DNA of 54,001 bases, the filler included, from Trypethelium eluteriae (Eukaryota), in NCBI GenBank assembly GCA_051942245.1. It is 3 parts of 3 records of this genome, joined end to end, with 100 filler letters (N's around TTAATTAATTAA, not from the genome) between each part and the next. Parts side by side here need not be neighbours in the genome. Positions count along the whole stretch, not along the records: positions 18,059 to 35,990 come from JAVECL010000576.1; 2 more parts are not named here. One strand, given 5' to 3'. Position numbers and translations under genes: made by a program. The notes below the pieces were generated by a model, which saw only the letters and a program-made list of their open reading frames with translations, made no database searches and was not told the origin of the DNA. Below are positions 22,783 through 34,900 of the stretch, in pieces. Every line of letters starts with the position of its first letter. Positions within the stretch are counted from its first letter, which is position 1.

Positions 22783-24981
22783 ATGTCTTTCGTTTCGCTA
22801 AGCGCAGGTGGTGATAGCTACGGGCGAAGTGAAGCCGAAAAGGCAGCCCAGCAAGTATGGCACGATGAGCAGGTCTCTCGTGCTTTCAATGCTGGAGCAG
22901 CTTATGCAATCATCCGAATCTTTGAGTGTGGTTGTTACTACATCGACCGTCATGCGTACCAGAGCTCGACTCCAGGGCGCAAGGCTGCTCCCCATTCCAC
23001 ATATACCTCAGTCCACGATTTTTGCCGTGGCCCTTGCGGGAAGGCGAAATGCGCGAATATTAAATGCCCGGGTTGGTGGTACACTGAAGAAGGCCGAAAC
23101 CACTACGGGCCGACGGATGTCGAAGATTGTGAAGAAATTATTAGTGAAGTCGAAAAGTGGGAAGAACGTATTCAAAAGAATATTGAGAATTATCGCGCTC
23201 TTTCCTCTCGAGTGAAGGAAATGATTCACGACATGACTTACGAACTGGACCTTGAGAGGTTGGGCTGGGTGCTCCTTTACTCACCTTCGTGGGAGACGCT
23301 GATGCTTAAGGAGTGGTGCCCGGAGTTGCACGACGTCAAAGAGTGGCAAAGGCGAGCTATTGAAATGGCTTTCAATGGAGCCCCACGCGAACATTATGAG
23401 TTCTGCATCGATGCAGCGTGGGAATCTTTGAAGGTTGTTCACTCAAAGGTGAGAGACCTGCTGGAGCCAACCATACTTGAACTTCAGAAGCGTCAGAGGT
23501 CTATGCCTACAGGGATGGCAATGCCGCAAGAGCCAGTCTCATCCTCTGCGCCTGATTCTCCAGTATCTCCAAGATCACTGCCCAAGCCGAAGGCGTCGAC
23601 CAAGGCAAAAGGTACTCCGTTCCATTCACACTTTTCGCGATTCAGCGCAAGCATCGTCAATACACAGACACCAGACTGGGAAAGCGCCGTCGATTATATT
23701 ACCACTGAAGAATTAAGGCAGTCTATATTTCCTGAGACTCAGGCTTCTGCTGGAGCACAGAGTCTGGATTATTTCAGCCAATCGACACGCAGACGCGGTG
23801 ACCAAGTCGAAAGCCAGATTTCCACGTCGGTTCTAGTCATTGAAGCGCCGGAGGAACCTTCACGGGAGTCATCGTTCTCAGACGCAATACCGGATGCCAT
23901 AACACTCTCTTCGGATGATATAGCTTCGTATCTTCGCTCTGACTCCGATTCCTCTATGACGGAAGCTCCATCACCGAGCCACTCTTTATCCGTACCAAAG
24001 AAGGGGCGCAAGGTGTCCACGAAGCCGACCCAGAGATCGAGGCAATCTCGTATGGGTGATACTGCGGAGGGGGCATACTCAAGCAAGCATCCGAATGTTG
24101 CCTTACCGTCGGAGGCTACGGCTATGTTGTATGACGCTTTCGCAGGCTCCGAGTCTCTGTCCTCCTGGAGCTCTGGATCGTCGATGCCTCAGGATGCGGC
24201 GAGCATATCCGAGCCAAGAAGAGAGTGGAGTAATCAGATAAGGTTTGTGGAGAGAGAGGAGCTGGAGCCAGTGGAATACCTATCCACTAGCACCTATTCC
24301 TCTACTTCATCGTTCGTCGCTGGCCTCTTAGCGCTTGATGAGCCCGCTTCTACAGCCGTCTTTGAGCCTCGACCTCAGACTCTTGCCCCCTCTCTGAGTC
24401 AGACAATGGCTAATTCCAGGAAGCGAACGCGAGGTGACTTGGAGGGTGGAGATAACGTCATGGCGCCAACCCACCCCAGGAAGCGAATTAGATACAATTT
24501 CGAGGACGAAGCGAGCACAGTGACGCCAACCCACCCCGGGAAGCGCTCACGTCCATCGTCTCTCAAAGCCACGCCAAACTACAGCTCCCTGCGAGAACTC
24601 CTCGGAACGCGCGTTCGCAAGTTGAGCGAGCGCTACGATTCTGACCCTCAGGAGCTCAGCGACGGCAAAATCGCTCCACCTGGTTATAACCGAATCGTCA
24701 CCACCACGTTCCTCATCAGCTCGACCCTTAGCGCCGACCATTCAGCTATGGACATCGACACCACGTCCACGACTACCGCTGATGCTACTAAACCCACGAC
24801 CAACAAACTTGAAAGCAAGGGTGAGGTCTACAAGAGCAGTGGCGGGAAGATGAGTGGTAGGGGTAGCAATATCGGCAGCAGCAGGAGGACAGTGAGAGAT
24901 CGGTTACGGGGCTTGGCGCAGAACTTCCGCGTCTGGAAGCTGTTCATTGGAGGAGGAGCAGTGCCAGCAGTAGCGAGGTGA
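22783..24981 (+). CDS. Hypothetical, apparently lineage-specific protein (~732 aa)
   Basis: Long uninterrupted ORF, first ATG 22783. Cys/His-rich N-terminus, helical middle, Ser/Pro-rich tail with an internal repeat. Confidence 0.6.
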   Translation: MSFVSLSAGGDSYGRSEAEKAAQQVWHDEQVSRAFNAGAAYAIIRIFECGCYYIDRHAYQSSTPGRKAAPHSTYTSVHDFCRGPCGKAKCANIKCPGWWYTEEGRNHYGPTDVEDCEEIISEVEKWEERIQKNIENYRALSSRVKEMIHDMTYELDLERLGWVLLYSPSWETLMLKEWCPELHDVKEWQRRAIEMAFNGAPREHYEFCIDAAWESLKVVHSKVRDLLEPTILELQKRQRSMPTGMAMPQEPVSSSAPDSPVSPRSLPKPKASTKAKGTPFHSHFSRFSASIVNTQTPDWESAVDYITTEELRQSIFPETQASAGAQSLDYFSQSTRRRGDQVESQISTSVLVIEAPEEPSRESSFSDAIPDAITLSSDDIASYLRSDSDSSMTEAPSPSHSLSVPKKGRKVSTKPTQRSRQSRMGDTAEGAYSSKHPNVALPSEATAMLYDAFAGSESLSSWSSGSSMPQDAASISEPRREWSNQIRFVEREELEPVEYLSTSTYSSTSSFVAGLLALDEPASTAVFEPRPQTLAPSLSQTMANSRKRTRGDLEGGDNVMAPTHPRKRIRYNFEDEASTVTPTHPGKRSRPSSLKATPNYSSLRELLGTRVRKLSERYDSDPQELSDGKIAPPGYNRIVTTTFLISSTLSADHSAMDIDTTSTTTADATKPTTNKLESKGEVYKSSGGKMSGRGSNIGSSRRTVRDRLRGLAQNFRVWKLFIGGGAVPAVAR

Positions 24982-25593
24982 CTATCCGTGCGCCGAGCTC
25001 GAAGGCGACGAAGAAGTCAAAGGTAAGTGTTGGGCCAGGGCGGTGAGCGCGGTGATGAAGAGCTCCGGATTACGCGTGAGGGGAAACCGAAGTGGAAAGG
25101 TAAGTATGGATGGCCTGAGCTCCTCAAGGTAGGTTGCTATTTTCCTTTGCCTGCTTTCAGTTTATGCAAAGTGGAACTCTGGGTAATCCCGTGACGTCAA
25201 TTGGAGTTTGGCTTTCAGGAGGCTGGCTTCTGGATTTAGTTGGAGTTTGGACTTTTGGAAAAATATAGGTAAGTAATATTTCAACGCTGGCGTTACAATT
25301 ACTTGAGATCATCTAGATCAGTGGATCCTTCAGAAACTAAGATACCTGTTTCGTTCCGACAACGTAACGCGTTTTCACCGTGATGATTGTATCAAAGATG
25401 TGCTCGCAACATAGTATATCCCAAATAAAAAGAAAGAACGACCAACATCCCTCAGTAAGACGCCTTTTGCTGTTCATAACCACTATCCCCAGGAACGCCG
25501 GAACTATTTCGTCCTATCCGGTATTCTGTCACAGTTTTGTCAGTCTACTACAATCACACATGACAGCCCTCTCCCCCAAAAAGGACGACAAAC

Positions 25594-25956
25594 CTACTTC
25601 GCCCCTCCACCACTCTGTTCCATCTGTACTTCCAACACATCCTTGCCATTCCCCAGATCCATCATTCGAAATACTGCCTGCGCATTCTCCTCCGTCACCA
25701 CCGTCTCCTTGGGGAAAATCTTCTGGTCCCTTCCCTCGGCTGCCCACTTCACCTTGATTTCGCTCACAGTTTCCTTCGCGGCGTTTTCATCCTTTTTCTT
25801 GTACTTCGACATGAACTCGGCACAATTTGGCGACGATGCAGCGAGTGCGCTGATTTGATTGCGCAGGTCCGCAAGGGAGGTTTTGGTGGAGAGAATGAGG
25901 AAGTCGTGGCGGGAGGAGCTGCTAATGGTGAAGACGACGGGGAAAGAGGCGGCCAT
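25594..25956 (-). CDS. Small hypothetical protein (120 aa)
   Basis: ATG in good context (CACAATGG), coding-like codon usage, globular-looking sequence. Confidence 0.6.
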   Translation of the reverse strand: MAASFPVVFTISSSSRHDFLILSTKTSLADLRNQISALAASSPNCAEFMSKYKKKDENAAKETVSEIKVKWAAEGRDQKIFPKETVVTEENAQAVFRMMDLGNGKDVLEVQMEQSGGGAK

Positions 25957-27395
25957 TGTGCATGAGAGTTAGACTCAATGAATGGTGTGGAGCACGTCGG
26001 AGGTCTTGAAGATTTTGAGTATGGTGAATATTGGGTTGAAATTGTTGATGAAGCTACGAGGGTCCCAGAACGTGCTGAGTTGGCTGTCGAGGTGACATCG
26101 TGGGATGTCGTGGTGGGCTTGTATCAGACACCTCGGTTACGTCATAATCGTAGGAGGGCTTTCCACTCACGGAGCTTGGGCGGCTGAAGAAAACTTGGCA
26201 GAATGTGGAAACCAATCGAGAACTTACCGTGGACTCTGATCTAGTTCTCAATATATAGAGCTTGAAATCGGTTGATGATTGGTCCGAGCAGGTACTTACC
26301 CATTCTATACGTGAATCCGATTCTGAAGGCATTTTCATACTACAGTCCATTATTGACACCAGCAAAAAATCTTTGTAATGCGCTGTCCATGCTAAGCATC
26401 CAATATGCATACGTTAAGGGTAGCGAATCCTCCCCAGCAAATGTATCCTGCACGTTCAGATAGGCCCAGTACATCGGAGTACCATGGATGATCTCGAACT
26501 TTTGTCGTCCAGCACAGCAAGCATCCTACATTTGGTGTCGTTACCAGAGTCGTCCCACCTTCCACAATGGAAAGCAAAGCAAGCGATAGGAGGAGAAGTC
26601 ATGGATTTAATCAGATAGGACCCCAATTCAGAAAGTCTTGAATATCTTTGACGGGAGAGAAGCCTGGGGCACGTTATAAAGGAATAAGGTAGCGGAGTCT
26701 GGATAGGAAAAAGCGAGAAGCGACAGGCAGGAATCGCGACGAACAATTTCGCAGTCAAACAATAAAAACTCAGAGGAGACGACGGTAGTCTGAAAATTAG
26801 ACTGTCTTGAGAATTTGATTATCCAGGAAGCTCAGAAGATTCGGTGATTCGATGCCGTGAGGCGATACGACGCAGACGATAAACGGCCAGCTGAAATGAA
26901 GCTGTAACGATGTCGAACTCGAATGCCTACAATAGGCGTCCCCAGTCTGGCCCTGCACGAGATTTGACCTTGCAGGACCCAGTGGACTTGCATACGCAGC
27001 GAATATCTGAAACTTACTCCCCTAACAGTGCTGAGAGCGCCACCAACGTGTTCCTGGTTTTCTCATTCCCGAGCGGAAAAACCGTTTGTTCCCTCTGAGC
27101 CTAAATCGATTAGCAAATCTGTTGTCTTGGAGTTTCGTTTCAGCAAACTAGGCGGCACGCATCTTCTAAAATCTTCGAGTGCCTTGCGTACTCCTCCCGT
27201 ATCCTGGTCGCCCGTGCATCATAGCTGAATCAAGGGTCCGAAGCAGCTGTGGCAAAGAATGCTTCGTGATCTCATTTATATGATCCGTGGGCCAGACGGT
27301 CTTACCCAGCTTCTTTGCATTCCCATTTTCGAGTCTCTTACGGACAGACTCAGGCCTAAAAACTCTAAGATATCCATTCCAAAACTCCAGCCATC

Positions 27396-28445
27396 ATGAG
27401 TCACCTCGTTATTCGGAGGTATCTTGGTCTTTTCCTTTTCACAGTGGCATTTCCAAAGGAAAGCAGACCATCTCCACTAGCGAACAGGATTGGACAAAGA
27501 TACGCTCAAGATCAAACACCGGCCATACCTTTATTTTACTTTTCCGATGGTAAACAAGCAGAAAATATGATCGTGAGATCCAGCGGGGAGATCTTAGTTA
27601 CCATAGATACAGCTCCTGAATTATATCAGATTGATCCTTTTGCGAATCAGACTGGTGGGATTGTACATTCCTTTCCAAATTACACAAGCTTATTTGGAAT
27701 CGTCGAGTTGATTAATGACGTTTTTTACATCATCGCAAGCAACTTCACCGGTCCACCAAATTACTACGGATTCGAGGGCACGGCCAGTATCTTGGAGCTA
27801 GATCTCAGAGAAGCTCCAGATCCTTTGGTTTTCCAAACTGGACTGAAGGTCACAAAAATCGTCGATGTCCCTGAAGCACAGTTGCTCGATGGTCTGGCCA
27901 TCATCTCCCAGTCCAAGGGGCTTCTCATGAGTGGGGATGCGCAGACTGGAACGCTGTACCTGATCAACGTGCTAAATCACACTACGACTGCCGTGCTCCA
28001 AGATGAGCTCTTGAGCGGAATTAACCAAGAAGCGACCGCAGGACTAGCGCATATTGGAGTGAATGGCTTGAAGTATCACAACGGGATTTTATATTGGAGT
28101 AACACAGCTCGAGGCATCTACGGACAGGTACCAATCAACAGCGACACTGGGCATGCAACTGCCAAGCCATCTGTACTGGCAAACGATGCTACAGACATTG
28201 ACGATCTGAGCTTCGACGCTTCAGGGGACCAGTTTATCTCTGAGGACGAGAGAGGCATTTTGCTCCGACCAGCAGGAACAAGTGCAGCAAAAAATCGTAC
28301 GCGACTTCTCACGAGCTTACCTGGCGCAGATGCCAATGCATTTGGCAGAACTCTGCGTGATAAATGTGTGCTTTATGCTGTTTTTGCAGGGGAACCTTCG
28401 GGAGTTGCATCAATTGATCTTGGAAAACAGGGCTTCTGTGGTTGA
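27396..28445 (+). CDS. Secreted six-bladed beta-propeller (SMP-30/gluconolactonase-like)
   Basis: N-terminal hydrophobic signal; AENMIVRSSGEILVT, LLDGLA, GVNGLK and IDDLSFD blade motifs; several N-glycosylation sequons. Confidence 0.75.
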   Translation: MSHLVIRRYLGLFLFTVAFPKESRPSPLANRIGQRYAQDQTPAIPLFYFSDGKQAENMIVRSSGEILVTIDTAPELYQIDPFANQTGGIVHSFPNYTSLFGIVELINDVFYIIASNFTGPPNYYGFEGTASILELDLREAPDPLVFQTGLKVTKIVDVPEAQLLDGLAIISQSKGLLMSGDAQTGTLYLINVLNHTTTAVLQDELLSGINQEATAGLAHIGVNGLKYHNGILYWSNTARGIYGQVPINSDTGHATAKPSVLANDATDIDDLSFDASGDQFISEDERGILLRPAGTSAAKNRTRLLTSLPGADANAFGRTLRDKCVLYAVFAGEPSGVASIDLGKQGFCG

Positions 28446-28567
28446 TGCAATTTGGGGGCTTCGAACACCATGGTATTATAATACTGGAAAGGACTATTAT
28501 CCATGACTTGGTCTTTCAGTATCGCTCTTTGCGACTCTCGATTAGCTCTGCTTTCTTAATCTCGTGC

Positions 28568-29476
28568 CTAGAGCAAATTTTGCGCAAACTCCTTGACTTT
28601 CTCGACCAAACCGTCGGTCCATTGAAGATGCGGCGAATGTCCACAAGGGGCCCTGTAGGTTGTCATTCTCACTCCAGGCCTTTGGGACTGCATGGCAACC
28701 ATTCCCTCCTGGTAGGCGGCTGGCAAAGCTAGGTCATTTTCTGATATGAGATAGGCACAAGGTAGACCGGTGTACGCATCGTTATCAAGAACTGTGGTAA
28801 AAACTGGAGATGCCGTGAGGGTAGTCTCGTAGTGCTGAGCAATAGCCTCATCCATTCCATTGAAGAAATACTTAGCTCCCTCCTTTGTGGACAATAAGCT
28901 GTCGAATCCATGAGCCTAGATTTGAGACGAGTCAGCCGAAGTGTGACAAGATAGTACTGACAGACTGGTGGAATTTACGTGAATCACAGAGTAGGGAGGA
29001 ATGATAGGATCACTGCCATCCTTGGGTTGGAAGAAGCTGTGAACAGACTCCCCCACTGGAACCAGGAATCCAGCTTCATAGAAGATCCCAAGGATTCCTC
29101 CGGCCTCCCCTCTCAGCTTTCGGACACTTGCCTGTAGCTCTGGGATCGATACAAAGGTAGCAGTAAATCCGCCTGAAGAATGGCCCAAGACTATCACTTG
29201 CTTTCCTGAGCCAATAATAAGGCTTTTCAAGAGGTCAATCAGTACGACTGCGTCGTCTGCAGGCTGTGGATACCCGTTTGCTGGAGGCTCTCGTTCATAA
29301 TCTGGGTTAGACACATCTCCCACATTCATTTTGCTAAGGTCTGAAGAGGGTAACTGGGGACAATAAGCTTCAATTCCCTGTTTCGAAAGGGCATTCATGA
29401 AAGGCTGGTAGGGTTCCGGCGTGTGGTATGAGCCAGAACAGATGACGACGGCTAACGATGCTTCTCTGGAGGCCAT
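28568..29476 (-). CDS. Alpha/beta hydrolase (Abhydrolase_6-like), 2 exons
   Basis: Nucleophile elbow GHSSGG, acid in ENDLAL, His in GHSPHL. Intron 28978-28916 (GTAAAT..GCTGAC..TAG) joins the two ORFs in frame. Confidence 0.85.
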
Positions 29477-30330
29477 GTTGCAAGTAGTGGAGATTTTCTG
29501 TTTGCAGGTTCAGCAAAGATTAGTTGGTGATAAGTATAATCATAAAGATGGTACGATAATATCCAAGCTTGAATTGTTCTGCAAAGGCAGGGCCCGAGAG
29601 GTAGGTATGGTTGCGCACCAAAATGGCTTAATCGTCATCTGTTGTAGTCTAATTGAGGTCGGCCCTGGATTCCGTAGGCAAATTGGATGAGATCGTCGGG
29701 AGCTCACCAGCACGATGCGTACGTACGTGCAAGTCGAAAATGCCGCACCTGTTGGTATGTCACCGGGATCGTTGCATCAAGTTCAAAGGCTGAACAAAGT
29801 GGGGCGAAGCATAGAGTACATTGTAATACAACGTAGAGTGCTCTAGAGTATGCCGCGAGATCCGACGACATACTCCACTTGTATGCCTGAGTCTGCGCTC
29901 AGATTGCTCGATGCGAAAGCACTTGCAGTTCGCTGCCTTGCAAGGGTCTGCGAAGACGCTCAGGGATCTTTCGAGTCAGGATTGTTGTTGCCTCGAAAAG
30001 AAAGCGTGTGGCACAGGCGGCCGTGGCTGCATGTCATTTCCCGGGCGTAGACTACTCCACTGAGAAGGTGAATGGGAAAGGCTCCGTCCTTCAAGTACGA
30101 GAAGCTACGTATGCAAGGCGCAGCAGCATATCACCAGTTCATCTCCGAAAGCGCTTGTGAAATTTAAATGGAAGTTCTCGATCCGATCGAAATCTTTTTA
30201 TTCAGGTTATCATGAAGCATAGAAAACCATTTAGAATACGCTTCAGGAGTTTTACCCGAGTCACGTGATGTTTTTGCAGGACGATACCTAGGTACTTAAT
30301 GAACCGGACCAAGTGACATCACATGGGCAG

Positions 30331-30694
30331 ATTGCACAGCAATTTTAGCCTCAGCGGAGCGGATCATACAAAGGAAAAACTCGATTGATTCGACCTATTG
30401 GAAGCGTCACAAGCCTGACGCCTGCAGCAGGCAGGAAACGCGCCCGGCACGTAAGCGTAGCCACGTACGAGCACGCAGTCGTACTCCCGATTTGGACCTT
30501 AGGAGTCGAGCATGCCGATTGCATTGCACAGCAATTTTAGCCTCAGCGGAGCGGATTATACAAAGGAAAACTTGATTAATTCAACCTATTGGAAGCGTCA
30601 CAAGCCTGACGCCTGCAGCAGGCAGAAAACGCGCCCGGTACGTGAGCGTAGCCACGTATAAGCACGCAGTTGTACTCCTGATCTAGACCTTAGG
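30331..30694 (+). repeat. Two ~172-bp direct repeats at the LINE 5' end
   Basis: Copies at 30331-30503 and 30523-30694 differ by about 13 transitions and one 1-nt indel. Confidence 0.9.
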
Positions 30695-30804
30695 GAGGAC
30701 TCCCTTTATTATTGGAGGAAACTTTTATATAATGTTAGGAAAGCGTACGCACTCTAGCTCCAGCTTAATTAATAGCCAAACCTTACCTTTAATGTCTTAA
30801 TAAG

Positions 30805-31990
30805 ATGGCGTTATTAAACGCACCACCAAACCTTCAGCCAAAATTTAAGAAAACACAGCCAATAATTAAATTCTTTAGGAGCAAAAAATAGCAGCATATA
30901 AGGAGAACTGTGGCAAATAAGCGGAGATTAAATAATTTATAAAAGAGTTAAGAAGAGAGAGCAAAAAAATAAGGGAAGAAAATAGGAAGCTTATAAAGCA
31001 AATAGCATAAATAACTGTAATTATAAAGGACCTAAAGAAGAATATAAAAGAGCTTAAAGAAACTATCCTTAGCCTTAAGAAAGCGCTATTAATTATATAA
31101 GCCACATCCCAATTATGCTTTTATGCATCTACTGCTTTTAGTCCTTAATTACTTTTTTTATTAATTATTATAATACTGCCTAATTTGGTGTCTAACCTCT
31201 GCTCCATCTTAAACCTAAGTGCTATAAAGACTGCTGCTTAAGGGCGATATATCCTCCCAAATATTAAGCTTAACCTTAGAGATATAATAATAAACATAAA
31301 TAAAGCAAAAAAATTATAAGAGCTAATAAATAAAGCTATTTAGGCAATACCACACTTTAATAATATTAAATATACTGCAGTCTTATTTAAATAATAAGAA
31401 TAAGTTTAATTTATATTTAATAATAAATAATAAGCTTAAGCAGTTAAAAAAAAGGAGCTATAAATAAAAATAACTAAATTAAAATTTAATAAAGTAAGGC
31501 TAATTACTTAGGAATACTTTAAAGTAAAGTTATTAGGGGTAAATAAATATAAAGTTAGCAATCCTAATAAAGGCAAGAATATTCTTAAGGAAATTTATTA
31601 GCAGCTTTAAAAAAAAAATAAATTTGTAATTTAAGCTATTTAATACCTTAACCAGTCCCTAAAAAGACAGACAATATAATTAATCCTAATATACTTATTT
31701 TAAAAAAAAAAGGAGGCTTTTTTAATTAAGGGTTATATCTTTATATAAAGGGAAGTAGCCTATATAAGGGAATTTTATAAGTCCTAAATAATTTAATATA
31801 AATAATATGGGGGCTTTAATTATATAACCCAGAATTATAAGAATTAAAAAAAGTGTATAAACTGCTCTAAATTAGCCTATAAAAAGGAGCCTTATATTAA
31901 TAAAAAGCAGTACTGTAATTATTTAAGTAAGTATTATACACTATCTTTAGAATACCCAGCCTGCTAAAAATAAAAAAGAGGGGATTTTTA
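30805..31990 (+). pseudogene. LINE ORF1 (gag-like) remnant
   Basis: Lys/Glu coiled-coil region, then three degraded CCHC knuckles near 31795-31960 (Cys and His changed to Tyr by RIP-type transitions). Many TAA stops; boundaries approximate. Confidence 0.65.
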
Positions 31991-34900
31991 TAAATAATAA
32001 ACCTTTGCATATATTATAAGCTAATATTTAGCACATATTAAAAACATAATATACTCTCCTTAATAACCTAAGTTTAATAAACTTTAGCCTCCTTTTTTTT
32101 TAAAAATTAGCATACTTTTATATTAAAAAAGGATTAATAAGCTTAGCCCCCTAATTATATGCAGGTTAAATATAAATTAAACTATTAATATATAAGGAAG
32201 GGAGACTCCCATTCTGCATGCTAGCATATATAAAAATAGGGCTATAGGTTAAATAAGTATTAATAGCTTTGCTAAATATTGTAATAATAGAATTTAAGCT
32301 AAATAAATAATTACTCTTTATTTTTTTTATATACATTCCTCCCTATATAAGAACTGCAGCTATAAATAAAGGGAATATGTATAAGATTCTAAAATTATTA
32401 ATAAATACAAAACTTTAATATCTTACATATAAATATTTAATTAAAGGAGACTTTAATAAACATAATTAATTTTGGGGTAAAGACTTAATTCAGCAGGATT
32501 AAGGGGAAGCTATTTTTTAGTTTATAAAAGAGCAAAACCTTTAACTCCTCCTTTTAAAAAAAATACTAACACACAACTTAGGATTAATTATTAACCTTTA
32601 TATAACATTATTAGGGCTCTATAATAACCTAAATAAATATAATACCTAGCAGACAGTATACAGACTAGACTATAAGGCAATTAAAATATTATTTAATTAG
32701 GAGATGTATAAACCCACATAAGAATTAAGATACCTATTTTAATAAACTAACTGGACTAAGGTAAAGAAGGAAGTAAAAAGGATAATTATTATTATAAGAG
32801 TAAAGCTGCTAAATAACCCTAAACTGGATACTCTTAATAGCATAGCCCAGCAGCTTATAAAGGCAGTTAGCAGAGCTATATTAGCACATACACCAGTATT
32901 AAAACCAGCCCCCTACTTAAAGAGATAATAAACCCACAACCTCTTAAGACTTTATTAAGGATATACAAAAGTAAGGAATAAAGCTAAAGCCCTCTAATAC
33001 TATAAATAAAGGGACAATATGCTAAAAAAAAAGGCTAAGCAGGCTAAAAAATTATTCCATAATACAGCTTAAAGGTAAAGATAATTATATTAATATAAGT
33101 TCTTAAGTAAAGCAGAAAATATCTAAAAAGCAACTAAATACATGCACTTAATAAAGGCAAGCTAATTTAAAAGTATCCCAGCTTTATAAATAAAATAAAG
33201 CGTAGCTATTATAAATAAAGAGATTTTAAAAATATTATTAACTTAATTCTTTAATTAAAAAGCAGAAGTAAAATAAATATTATAAAAAAATACCCCCAAC
33301 CAGCTTTAATAAGTAAAGCTTATTAAAAAGGAGATTTATAAGGCAATTTAAAAAGCTAAGCTATTTAAAGCAGCAGGGCCTAATAAGCTACCCATAATAA
33401 TATAATAAAAGCTATAGCTAGTAATTAAGGACTATATATTTAGGTTATTTAAGGCCTTAATATAGATTAAATACCTTTTATAAAAATAAAAAATAGCATA
33501 AATTATTTTACTTAAAAAGTTAAATAAGCCAGACTATTTATAGCCAAAAGCCTATTATTTAATCTTACTATTAATAATCTTAAAAAAACTCCTTAAATCT
33601 ATCTTAATAAAACAGTTATTATACCTAAATAAAACCTATAATTTACTGCCCAAAGCTTATTTTAGAGCTTAAAAATAAAGATTTATTATTAATACTTTAT
33701 AATATATTATAAAATAAATTTATTAAGCATAAAAATAAAAAAGGATACTTTCTTTAATTAACTTTAATATAAAAAAAGCATATAATAAAGTAAATCCTTA
33801 TATACTAGCTTAAAGGCTTTAGCAGAAATGGATATTAAAAATAATGGTATAATAGATCCTGGAATTCTATCTCTTTAAAAAGGTATTTATTATAATTAAT
33901 AGCAAAGAATTAAAGGTTATAAAAATAAAATATGCGGGCCTCCCATAAGGCTCCCTGCTATTACTGCTTCTCTTTTTTTTTTATAACACTAATTTAGTAG
34001 CTAAATAGGTATTAAATAGCAGTAGCTTAGCAGTATTTATAAATAACTTTAATACCTAAATAATTAAGAAGTTAGCTAAAGAGAACCTAAACTAAATCTA
34101 AATAAAAATCCTTTTAATAATAAAGTAATAAGTAAAAAAAAGCAGAGCAATATTTAAACTAAAAAAAATTTAGCTAATTTATTTTACTAAAAGGAATAAA
34201 AAAAATATAAAAACTTTACTCCTAATAATAAGAGCAGAAATCCAGCCTTTTATAAAGGTAAAGCTACTGGGTGTAATCCTTAATTAAAAACTTAGATTTT
34301 AAATCTATATAATAAGGGCAGCAAAGAGAGGGGAAAAAGCAGCTTTAGTATTTAAAAGGCTATAAGGACTATAGCTAAAAGCAGCTTGCCAGCTTTTTAT
34401 AGCTATAATTACCCCAATTATTAATTATGGAGCCCTAATATAATTTCCTGGGTTATTAGGTATTATATAATATAGAATTAAGAGGGCAATAAAAATTAAA
34501 GCATTAGCTATTACAGGAATATTTAGAATAGCAGCCTATTATATAGCTATAATTAAGGGAGGGTTAAAATTAGTTTAGGACTGTTTATATAAAGCCATTA
34601 AATAATATTGGGTTAACCTATATACCCATCCAAAGAAACATATTAGATGGAAGTTACTTAAACAGCTAGGATGGAATAAGAAGTTTATCTCTCCTTATAA
34701 GGCAATAATAGAGCTATTTAAGGATATTAACTTAAAGGGGATAGAGATACGCCCAGCATTTATTAAACCCCTATGGCAGCCAATAGCTAGGGTCTTCCTA
34801 AATATAAAGGAGTAAATATAAGAAGTATAAAAAACCACATAAGTACTTTTTATAAATGCATTTATAAGAAATAGACTGGCAGGTTTTAGTTTTTATGCGC

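Noticed and set aside
30331..30694. Direct repeats as LTRs or a CRISPR array
   Set aside because: Only two adjacent long copies at one end, no TG...CA LTR termini, no spacers; the element ends in a simple-repeat tail like a LINE.
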